From the NCBI RefSeq assembly GCF_029255125.1, contig NZ_JAPUVR010000098.1, positions 6,927 to 70,926 of the forward strand: a stretch of 64,000 nucleotides of DNA, in the 5' to 3' direction. Under the pieces are notes generated by a model, which saw only the letters and a list, made by a program, of their open reading frames with translations, was not told the origin of the DNA and ran no database searches. Both the position numbers and the translations under genes were made by a program. This stretch comes from Accumulibacter sp. Lineage in GTDB: Bacteria; Pseudomonadota; Gammaproteobacteria; Burkholderiales; Rhodocyclaceae. Numbering within the stretch: the first letter of the stretch is position 1; each line of letters opens with the position of its first letter. Shown one piece after another: positions 21,191 to 29,410 of the stretch.

Positions 21191-24100
21191 TCACCGGTGG
21201 CGCAGGCGGTACTCCTGGACGAGCGTGTAGAGGGCTGGAATGACGACCAGCGTAAGGAGCGTCGAAGAAAGCATGCCGCCGACCATCGGCGCAGCGATCC
21301 GGCGCATCACTTCCGACCCGGTGCCGCTACCCCACATGATCGGCAGCAGGCCGGCCATGATCGCAACCACCGTCATCATCTTCGGCCGCACGCGTTCGAC
21401 CGCGCCTTCCATCACCGCGGCCGCGAGATCCGCCGGCAGCGGCTGGCGGCCGACGGCAGCGGCTGCCTGCTGCGCTGCCGCCCAGGCGTGCTGGAGATAG
21501 ATGAGCATGACGACACCGGTTTCGGCGGCAACGCCGGCCAGAGCAATGAAGCCGACGGCAACCGCGACGCTCAGGTTGTAATCCAGCAGCCAGATCAGCC
21601 AGACGCCGCCAACCAGGGCAAAGGGAATCGAGAGCATGACGATGAAGGTTTCGCTCAGCCGACCAAAGTTGAAATAGAGCAGGAAGAAGATGCTCAGCAG
21701 CGTCACCGGAACGACAATCTTCATCTTGTCGATTGCCCGCTCGAGATACTCGAACTGGCCGCTCCACGTCAGGTAGTAGCCGGGTGGAAAGCTGACCTGT
21801 TCGGCGACTACGCGCTTCGCCTCGGCAACGTAGCCGCCGATGTCGCGGCCGCGCAGGTCGACGTAGATGTACGCGGCGAGCAGCGCGTTTTCCGTGCGTA
21901 TCGCCGGTGCACCCTTGATGATCGCAACGCGCGCCAGTTGCCCGAGCGGAATCATCGCGCCGTCCATGGTGGGAACGAGCACCTCGCGCGCCATGCTTTC
22001 GGCATCACCGCGCAGTTCGCGCGGATAGCGCATGGTGACGGCAAAACGCTCGCGGCCTTCGACGGTGGTGGTCAGCATTTCGCCGCCCAGCGCGCTGCCG
22101 ACTACCGTCAGCAGGTCGCCGACGGCCAGGCCGTAGCGCGCGAGTTGATCGCGCTGCGGATCGATATCGAGGTAATAGCCGCCGGTGATCCGCTCGGCGA
22201 AGGCACTGGTCGTACCGGGAACGCGTTTGACGGCGACCTCGATCGCTTTCGCCAGCCGTTCCAGCTCGTTCAGGTCGTTGCCGAAGACCTTGATGCCGAT
22301 CGGCGTCCGGATGCCGGTCGACAACATGTCGATGCGCGCCTTGATCGGCATCGTCCACGAGTTGGCGACACCGGGAAACTGCAGCGCCTGATCGAGCTCG
22401 GCGACCAGCTTGTCGATCGTCATTCCCGCACGCCATTCGCTCTCGGGTTTGAGGTTGATGATCGTCTCGAACATCTCGGTCGGCGCCGGATCGGTTGCCG
22501 TGTTGGCGCGCCCAGCCTTGCCATAGACCGAAGCCACCTCGGGAAAGCGCTTGATGATCTTGTTCTGCGTCTGCAGGAGTTCGGCCGCTTTGGTGATCGA
22601 CATGCCGGGCAACGAAGTCGGCATGTAGAAAAGCGTCCCTTCGTTGAGCGTCGGCATGAACTCGGAACCCAGACGAGCGGCCGGCCAGAAGCTGAGCACC
22701 AGCGCAACGCCGGCGAGAACGACGGTGAACGCCTTGCGCCGCAGAACCCAGGCAATCACCGGCCGATAGACGAAGATCAACCAGCGGTTCACCGGATTGT
22801 GCGCCTCGGGCAGAATCTGCCCGCGAATGAAGAGCAACATCAGGACCGGTACCAGGGTCAGCGAAAGCCACGCCGCGCCAGCCATGGCGAAGGTCTTGGT
22901 CCACGCCAGCGGAGCGAACAGGCGGCCCTCCTGCGCTTCGAGCGTGAAGACGGGAAGGAAGGAAATCGTGATGATCAGCAGCGAGAAGAAAAGCGCCGGA
23001 CCGACTTCCTTGCCAGCGGCAATGATCGCCTCGCTCCGCTGCTGCGTGTCGGCCGTCGGCGGCAGTCGCTCGAGGTGCTTGTGCGCGTTCTCGATCATGA
23101 CGATGGCCGCGTCGATCATGGCACCAATGGCGATGGCCAGGCCGCCCAGGCTCATCAGATTTGAGTTCATGCCGAGCAGGCGCATGGCGATGAAGGCAAT
23201 GAGCAAGCCAACCGGCAGCATCAGGATGGCGACCAGCGCACTGCGGACGTGCAGCAGGAAAGCGATGCAGACGAGCGCGACGATCGCCGATTCCTCGAGC
23301 AAGGTCGTCTGCAGCGTGCGGATGGCGCGCTCGATCAACTGCGAGCGGTCATAGACCGTGTCGACGCTGACCCCGGCCGGCAAACCCGACGCCGCCTCGC
23401 CTATCCTTGCCTTGACGTTCTCGATCACGGCCAGCGCGTTCTCGCCGTAGCGCGCCATGACGATTCCCGAAACGACTTCGCCTTCACCGTTCAGTTCGCT
23501 GACGCCACGCCTTTCGTCGGGAGCGAGTTCGACGCGCGCAATGTCGCGGATGAGCACCGGCGTTCCGCCCGCGGCCTTGACCGCGAGTTGCTCGATATCC
23601 TCACGGCCACGCAGATAGCCTCTGCCACGCACCATGTACTCGGTCTCCGCCATCTCGACAACGCGACCGCCGACATCGCGGTTTGAATCGCGGATCACCT
23701 GCGCCACCTTCATCAAGGGAATGCCGTAGGCGCGCAGCTTGTCGGGATCGACCGTCACCTGGTAGGTTTGTACGAAGCCGCCGAGTGAAGCCACCTCGGC
23801 CACGCCGGCCGCCTTGCTGAGCGGATAGCGCAGGTACCAGTCCTGGATCGTGCGCAGTTCGGCCAGCGTCTTGTCCCTGGCCAGCAAGGCATATTGATAG
23901 ACCCAGCCAACCCCGCTGCTATCCGGCCCGATCTGCGGCACGACGCCTTTCGGCATGCGTCCGGCTGCCGCGTTGAGCGCTTCGAGGACGCGCGAACGCG
24001 CCCAGTAAATGTCCGTTCCGTCGGCGAAAATGACGTAAACGAAGGACGCGCCGAAAAACGAGAAGCCGCGCACGACGCGCGATCTGGGCACGGCGAGCAG

Positions 24101-24316
24101 CGCCGTCGTCAACGGGTAGGTGACCTGATCCTCGACCACCTGCGGCGCCTGGCCGGGATACTCCGTGTAGACGATGACCTGCACGTCGGAGAGATCGGGC
24201 AGCGCGTCGATCGGCGTCCGAAGCACGGCGAAGATCCCCGCCAGGACGACGCAGGCGGTCGCCAGCAGCACCAGCAGACGGTGGCGCGCCGACCAGTCGA
24301 TGATCGTACTGAGCAT
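21191..24316 (-). CDS. cusA: CusA-type heavy-metal RND efflux transporter (Cu(I)/Ag(I))
   Basis: DALPDLSDVQVI, AMIDAAIVMIEN; Met residues in contexts equivalent to the E. coli CusA triad (LFYMPTS, PTEMFET, RIDMLSTG). Confidence 0.94.
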   Translation of the reverse strand: MLSTIIDWSARHRLLVLLATACVVLAGIFAVLRTPIDALPDLSDVQVIVYTEYPGQAPQVVEDQVTYPLTTALLAVPRSRVVRGFSFFGASFVYVIFADGTDIYWARSRVLEALNAAAGRMPKGVVPQIGPDSSGVGWVYQYALLARDKTLAELRTIQDWYLRYPLSKAAGVAEVASLGGFVQTYQVTVDPDKLRAYGIPLMKVAQVIRDSNRDVGGRVVEMAETEYMVRGRGYLRGREDIEQLAVKAAGGTPVLIRDIARVELAPDERRGVSELNGEGEVVSGIVMARYGENALAVIENVKARIGEAASGLPAGVSVDTVYDRSQLIERAIRTLQTTLLEESAIVALVCIAFLLHVRSALVAILMLPVGLLIAFIAMRLLGMNSNLMSLGGLAIAIGAMIDAAIVMIENAHKHLERLPPTADTQQRSEAIIAAGKEVGPALFFSLLIITISFLPVFTLEAQEGRLFAPLAWTKTFAMAGAAWLSLTLVPVLMLLFIRGQILPEAHNPVNRWLIFVYRPVIAWVLRRKAFTVVLAGVALVLSFWPAARLGSEFMPTLNEGTLFYMPTSLPGMSITKAAELLQTQNKIIKRFPEVASVYGKAGRANTATDPAPTEMFETIINLKPESEWRAGMTIDKLVAELDQALQFPGVANSWTMPIKARIDMLSTGIRTPIGIKVFGNDLNELERLAKAIEVAVKRVPGTTSAFAERITGGYYLDIDPQRDQLARYGLAVGDLLTVVGSALGGEMLTTTVEGRERFAVTMRYPRELRGDAESMAREVLVPTMDGAMIPLGQLARVAIIKGAPAIRTENALLAAYIYVDLRGRDIGGYVAEAKRVVAEQVSFPPGYYLTWSGQFEYLERAIDKMKIVVPVTLLSIFFLLYFNFGRLSETFIVMLSIPFALVGGVWLIWLLDYNLSVAVAVGFIALAGVAAETGVVMLIYLQHAWAAAQQAAAAVGRQPLPADLAAAVMEGAVERVRPKMMTVVAIMAGLLPIMWGSGTGSEVMRRIAAPMVGGMLSSTLLTLVVIPALYTLVQEYRLRHR

Positions 24317-24317
24317 G

Positions 24318-25742
24318 TCAGTGCCCCGCGTGGTCGCTGTGCCCGCCGCCGGCCGCGTGCCCACTGTGTCCGGCGTGCCCGCCGGGAACGGTCGGGGTGG
24401 CCGGCGGTGCAGCGTGCTGGGAATGGTCGGCAGGCGGCGCGCTGCCAGATGGCGGCGGCGCGCTGCCTTCAGCGGCTCGTCCAAAGCCACTGATTGCCGC
24501 CTGCAGGTTGCTTTCCGCGTCGATCAGGAAATTCGCTGCGACGACGACCGCCTCGCCCGCCTTCAGCCCTTCGATCACCTCGACATGCTCACCGGCGCGT
24601 GTCCCCAGGCGCACGACGCGCGGCGAGAAACGCCCCTCGCCGCTCTGCACGAGGACGATGCGGCGCACGCCGCTGTCGATCACGGCCGAGACCGGCACGG
24701 TCAGCACACGCCCCGAACTGCTCGCCGAGAGTTCGAGCGTGGCATACATCGCCGGCCGGAGCAGACCGCCCGTGTTCGCCAACTCGACGCGTACCGGCAC
24801 GCTGCGTGTCTCCGCCTTGAGCATCGGGTAAATGTAGGCGACCCGCCCGGTAAACACCTTGTCGGGAAAGGCGTTGATACGCACCGTCGCCGGTTGGCCG
24901 ACGCGTAGGTGCGCGATGTCCTGCTCGAAAACGTCGGCGATGGCCCAGACGGAGGACAGGTCGGCCACCTGATAGAGCATCTCGCCGGCGGTAAAGCGCA
25001 TGCCGGCAACGGCCTTCTTGTCGACGACCACCCCCGCCGCCGGCGAGCGCAGCGTCAGCAGGCGCTGCGCCTCGCCGCCCGCGCGCAGGCGGCTGATCTG
25101 CTCGGCCGAGATCTCCCAGTTGCGCAAGCGCGCCAGACTGGCCTCGGCCAGTTGCTGCATGCTGCGTTGCGCCTCCGCTCCCGCCTCGGCGAGCGCCTGC
25201 TTGCCGTGCACGGCGAGCAGATATTCCTTCTGTGCCGAAACGAGTTCGGGGCTGTACACCTCGGCCAGCGGCTGACCGCGCACCACCGGCTGACCACCAG
25301 CGGCAACGTGGAGTTTTTCGATCCAGCCGTCGAAGCGGGTCGAAACAGCGTACAACCGCCGCTCATCGACCTCGATGCGGCCAGCCGCGCGCACGCTGCG
25401 CGGCAACTCGCGCAAGGCGGCAAGCTCGGTTCGCACGCCCAGCTTCTGCACTTTGTCGCTGCTGATCGAAACGCCGGCTTCGCCTGCCGGCGACGTTTCG
25501 TCGCCGGCGTAAACCGCGATGTAGTCCATCCCCATCGAATCCTTCCTGGGCACCGGCGAGGTGTCGGGCAAGCCCATCGGATTGCGGTAGTAGAGCAGCT
25601 TGCGCGCCGGCTTGCTGCTCGCCGCCGCTGCGGGAGTTTCCTTGTCGCCGCTCGCTTCGCCACTGCGGCTGCCCCACTGGTAGCCGCCGGCAAGCGCGGC
25701 GAGCGCGATCAACAAACCGCCGACGACCAACTGTCTGTTCAT
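24318..25742 (-). CDS. cusB: CusB-type periplasmic adaptor (MFP) with N-terminal Met-rich metal-binding motif and His-rich C-terminal tail
   Basis: YYRNPMGLPDTSPVPRKDSMGMDY, VYSPELVSAQKEYL, ANFLIDAES, tail GGHAGHSGHAAGGGHSDHAGH. Confidence 0.9.
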   Translation of the reverse strand: MNRQLVVGGLLIALAALAGGYQWGSRSGEASGDKETPAAAASSKPARKLLYYRNPMGLPDTSPVPRKDSMGMDYIAVYAGDETSPAGEAGVSISSDKVQKLGVRTELAALRELPRSVRAAGRIEVDERRLYAVSTRFDGWIEKLHVAAGGQPVVRGQPLAEVYSPELVSAQKEYLLAVHGKQALAEAGAEAQRSMQQLAEASLARLRNWEISAEQISRLRAGGEAQRLLTLRSPAAGVVVDKKAVAGMRFTAGEMLYQVADLSSVWAIADVFEQDIAHLRVGQPATVRINAFPDKVFTGRVAYIYPMLKAETRSVPVRVELANTGGLLRPAMYATLELSASSSGRVLTVPVSAVIDSGVRRIVLVQSGEGRFSPRVVRLGTRAGEHVEVIEGLKAGEAVVVAANFLIDAESNLQAAISGFGRAAEGSAPPPSGSAPPADHSQHAAPPATPTVPGGHAGHSGHAAGGGHSDHAGH

Positions 25743-27031
25743 AGATCCTCCCCGAGCAAGCGTTCGATTTCGGCCAGGCGAATCTGCGCCTCGGTTTGCG
25801 CGCGCAGGCGATCCAGTCTGGCCTGCCGGATCTGTCGCTGGGTTTCGAGCAAGGTTGCAAAATCGAGCCGGCCCGTCTCGTAGCCGGCGAGCGCCGCCTT
25901 GAAAGCGATTTCGGCTTGCGGCAGCAAGGCACTGGCGATCAGTTGTTCGAGACGGCGCGCTGCTTCCAGTGCCGCGACGTTCTCGGCCAGATCGGCGGCG
26001 ACCTGGTTGGCCACCGCCTCCTTGCGCGCGCGCGCGGCAGCAGCCAAGGCCAGCGCTTCGCTTTCCTGCGCCCGGCGACTTTCCCGCGCAAGCGGAATGT
26101 TCACTTCGAACATCAGTTCCCATTCGGCAACGCGACTGCCCACCTGGATCGGCGAAACGCCGATCGTCACATCCGGATAGCGATTCTTGCGCACCAGCTC
26201 GCCACTCGTCTCGGCCGCCAGGAGCTGCGCCTCCTGCGCGGCAAGCTGCGGATTGGCGGCGAGCAGACGCGCGCTCAACGCGCCGTCGGCGAGCTGCTCG
26301 GCCGACGGCAGCGGACGCAGAACACGGGCCTCGGCCAAGGGTGCTGTCGGCGGTCGGCGCAGCAGCCCGTTCAGGCGCGCCGCCGTCTGCCGGGATTCGC
26401 TCTCCAGGCGCAGGCGTTCGCCGCGCAAGTTGCTCTTCTCGACCTGCGCCCGGATGACGTCCTGCTGCGCTGCGAGTCCGCCGGCGTAGCGCGCCTGCGC
26501 GAGCCGTTCGAGCGTCTCGGCCAGGCGCAGCAGTTCGCCGTTGAGCTGCAGGCTGTGCCCGGCCAGATAGTATTGGGCAAAACCCGTCTTCACTTTCGCC
26601 GCCAGTTCGCTCCATGCACTGGCCCGACGCGCCTCGGCCTGCGCTGCGTCGGCCTCGGCGACCTGCCTTTTCAGGTCGCGCTTGCCCCACCAGGGAAACG
26701 TCTGGGCGAGGGTATATCTGGTGCTCCCGACGCGCCCCGGCAACAGATTAAAGCTGCCATTGTCGGCCCGGTTGGTGACATCACGCAGTTCGAGCCGGCC
26801 GATCGGGTCGGGCAGCGCAGCAGCCGAGTGCACGCGCGCCTGGGCCGCCTCGAGCTCGAAGCCGCTGGCCGCCAGATCAGCATTCTGCCGACGCGCGAGC
26901 ACCAGCAGTTCGTCGACCCGCGAACCGGGAAGTCCTGCCGAGCGAATGTCGGGTGCTTGCGCCGAAGCAAGCGCCGTAGCGAGCAGCAGGCAAAGTGCGC
27001 TCAGCCTGCGCGAGAAAATATCCATGTTCAT
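25739..27031 (-). CDS. cusC: TolC/CusC family outer membrane efflux protein
   Basis: Signal peptide, AALPDP, QTFPWWGKRDL, YPDVTIG, YETGRLDFATLL; first gene of the C-B-A arrangement. Confidence 0.85.
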   Translation of the reverse strand: MNMDIFSRRLSALCLLLATALASAQAPDIRSAGLPGSRVDELLVLARRQNADLAASGFELEAAQARVHSAAALPDPIGRLELRDVTNRADNGSFNLLPGRVGSTRYTLAQTFPWWGKRDLKRQVAEADAAQAEARRASAWSELAAKVKTGFAQYYLAGHSLQLNGELLRLAETLERLAQARYAGGLAAQQDVIRAQVEKSNLRGERLRLESESRQTAARLNGLLRRPPTAPLAEARVLRPLPSAEQLADGALSARLLAANPQLAAQEAQLLAAETSGELVRKNRYPDVTIGVSPIQVGSRVAEWELMFEVNIPLARESRRAQESEALALAAAARARKEAVANQVAADLAENVAALEAARRLEQLIASALLPQAEIAFKAALAGYETGRLDFATLLETQRQIRQARLDRLRAQTEAQIRLAEIERLLGEDL

Positions 27032-27138
27032 TTCGTCACCGAGTTGTGGCAGACCAGCCGACCGTTGGCCGACCGGGCGACTCGCAGCGAGTGCCGGCGG
27101 CAATCAGGCCGGGAGAAAGGCGAGAAGAGCCTTCGCTG

Positions 27139-27501
27139 TCAGAAGCGAATGGCGACAGGCGGTGGGTTGGGCTCTTCCGGCAGGTGTGAAGCGGGTTGCG
27201 CTTCACCGCGGACAACCAGGACCGACTGCCGCGGCCCACCGGTCGGAACTCGCGCCGACGCGGGCAGCACGCCGGCGCCCGCCAGGTGACAGATCGCGCA
27301 ATGCTCGCACGCCGCTTCGCCGGCCGCGGTCGACGCGTCGTCGAGCTGCGCGTCGCTGGCAGCAGCCACAGCATCGGCCATGCAGTGCGCGCCAACCTGC
27401 GCGCCCGACGACGGCGCAGCCATCTGCCACGGCATGGCCAGCCCGGCCAGCGTTTGCAGCGGCAGCAAGAGGGCAAGCAGAAAGGCGATGAACTTGCGCA
27501 A
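27139..27501 (-). CDS. Small exported Cys/His protein, DUF2946-like (probable metal-binding); TTG start inferred
   Basis: Signal-like LRKFIAFLLALLLPLQTLA, HCM, CEHCAICH and C-terminal PEEPNPPP; directly upstream of cusCBA. Confidence 0.65.
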   Translation of the reverse strand: MRKFIAFLLALLLPLQTLAGLAMPWQMAAPSSGAQVGAHCMADAVAAASDAQLDDASTAAGEAACEHCAICHLAGAGVLPASARVPTGGPRQSVLVVRGEAQPASHLPEEPNPPPVAIRF

Positions 27502-27981
27502 GGGGGGCAAACGGAGAAGAAAGGAAAGGCAGGCGACGGAGTCTATGCCGCACACGGCGCGCCCGTCAAGGGCAAATTCTCTGCCAACCGGTTGAATCGG
27601 TTGCCACAACGGTCGCGCGGACAGGCGAGCGATGCAGCGCGAACGCGAGCCCGCTCTGGGTGTCTTGCTCATTAGCTCGCTGGCCAATGGTCGACAAGCT
27701 GCATCGTCGAACTCTGCCTTTTACCACTGGCAGCGCGCCCGCGCCCGGCCATCGCTCTGGGTGGCGCCGTCGAGCGCGACTTTCCCAGGCGCCGCCGCCG
27801 CCGACGGTTTCAGCCGGCGCGCTCCTCGCTTACAATCTGCAGGTGGTAGCACTCGCGCGCGGCGCGCCGGTTCTGCCGACACGACGCGCGTCGTAGCGTG
27901 GCGACGGCTGCGTCGCGTACGGCCGTCAGGTCAGGGCGAAGGCTTGCCTTCGCTCTGACGCGGCGAACCCAGGAACTCGTC

Positions 27982-29220
27982 ATGCTGCAGAAGATCTCGC
28001 TCATCGTTCAACCAGGCGACAGCTTTTTCCCGATCGTGCGCGCCGTCGACCGGGCGGTGCGTACGATCAATCTGACCGTCTACCGGATGGATGACCCGAT
28101 CATCCAACTCGCCCTGGTCGACGCTCGCCGGCGCGGCGTACGCATTCGCGTGCTGATCGCGAGCAGTGCGCGCGGCTGGGAAGAGACGAATCGCAAGCTT
28201 CTCAAGGACGCCAAGGAAGCCGGAATCGCCACCCGTGAACCCGCCGGCGACAGCAAGCGAGCGCGTTATCACTACAAGGTGATGACGGTGGATGCCGAGC
28301 AGGCGTTCGTCTTCACCTTCAATCCGACACGCGAGAACCTGCACTACACGCGCGACTTCGGCGTCGAAACACACGATCCGGCGATCGCCAGCGAGATCGA
28401 CCGCCTCTTTGCGGCCGACTGGAACGACCGCAGCTTCACGCCGGACGAGGCGCTCCCCCTGCTGATCAGCCCGTTCAACAGCCGGCAAAGAATCCAGCAG
28501 TTGCTGGGCAGCGCACGCACCTCGATTCAGATTGCCGATGCCAAACTGACCGACCCGGCGATCGTGCGCCTGCTCGTCGACAAGGCGAAAGCTGGCGTTC
28601 AGGTTCGCGTTCTCGGCGACGAGGAGCACGGCAACATCTTGCCCGGGGAAATCGAATTCCGCGCGGTGCCACGCTACAAGCTGCACGCCAAGTGCGTGAT
28701 CATCGACGGTGCAACGGCCGTCATCGGCAGCATGAACCTGCGCACCGAGAGTCTGGACCGGCGCCGCGAGCTATCGATCACGGTCGATGACCGCGAGGTC
28801 CTGCGTCGGTTGAGCGCGGTTTTTGCCAGCGACTGGGAGCACAAGACGCCGTCTTTCGACAGCACCGATACGCAACTGATCAGGCTGCCGAAGGATCTGC
28901 CAGTCTCGCCGGGGAGGGCCGCAAAAAGCGGGTTCGTGCTCGTCTCGCGGACCAACGCCCTCGCCCGCCATGAATTGCGCGAGGGCGTGACCAGCCTTGG
29001 CCGGGCGCCAGAAAACGATGTGGTGATCAGCGACGCGCCGGTGAGCCGACACCACGCGCTGATCACGCTCGACAAGGGGAGTTGCCGAATCACCGATCTC
29101 TACAGCGGCAACGGCACTTTCCTGAACGGCGAGCGGGTCCACGGAACCACCTGGCTGTGTGCCGGCGATGTGATCCGGATTGCCGAGAGCGAAGAGTTCC
29201 GCCTGCTCGAACTCCTCTAG
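27982..29220 (+). CDS. Phospholipase D superfamily protein (two HKD motifs) fused to a C-terminal FHA domain
   Basis: HYKVMTVD and HAKCVIID..GSMN; FHA core residues GR, SRHH, NGTF; RBS AGGAA upstream of ATG 27982. Confidence 0.85.
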   Translation: MLQKISLIVQPGDSFFPIVRAVDRAVRTINLTVYRMDDPIIQLALVDARRRGVRIRVLIASSARGWEETNRKLLKDAKEAGIATREPAGDSKRARYHYKVMTVDAEQAFVFTFNPTRENLHYTRDFGVETHDPAIASEIDRLFAADWNDRSFTPDEALPLLISPFNSRQRIQQLLGSARTSIQIADAKLTDPAIVRLLVDKAKAGVQVRVLGDEEHGNILPGEIEFRAVPRYKLHAKCVIIDGATAVIGSMNLRTESLDRRRELSITVDDREVLRRLSAVFASDWEHKTPSFDSTDTQLIRLPKDLPVSPGRAAKSGFVLVSRTNALARHELREGVTSLGRAPENDVVISDAPVSRHHALITLDKGSCRITDLYSGNGTFLNGERVHGTTWLCAGDVIRIAESEEFRLLELL

Positions 29221-29305
29221 CCCTTGCCGCTTCGCTTTGGTCACCGGCCGACCCCCGCCGGAATCGCCCGATCGGTCACGAGTACAGCATCTGCAGGCGC
29301 GGCTG

Positions 29306-29322
29306 TGCGACCCCATGTCACA
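29306..29322 (+). promoter_or_regulatory. Imperfect RegR/PrrA-like box upstream of the TonB-dependent receptor
   Basis: TGCGAC-N5-GTCACA, close to GCGNC-N5-GNCGC. Confidence 0.35.
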
Positions 29323-29410
29323 TTCCGGACGAGCGTCCAGCAACCTACCATCGGCGACTGATCAGCGCGGCAGCCATCCCGGCGGCCGCCGACTCACCCG
29401 AGGAGAGAAG

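Noticed and set aside
21038-23164. 708-aa plus-strand ORF (also 31947-34274, 36431-38452, 46871-48478, 25796-27289 and similar long ORFs)
   Set aside because: Antisense or alternate-frame shadows of well-supported genes (cusA, norZ, queC/yeeE, maeB, cusC) in high-GC DNA; Arg/Ala/Gly-rich with no motifs
25743-26690. Apparent 790-aa CusB ORF extending over cusC
   Set aside because: The extension is an alternate frame of cusC; the real start is MNRQ at 25742 with RBS GAGGA
29180-29410. N-terminal extension of the TonB receptor ORF
   Set aside because: Overlaps the PLD-FHA end; a strong RBS (AGGAGAG) and signal peptide support the start at 29411
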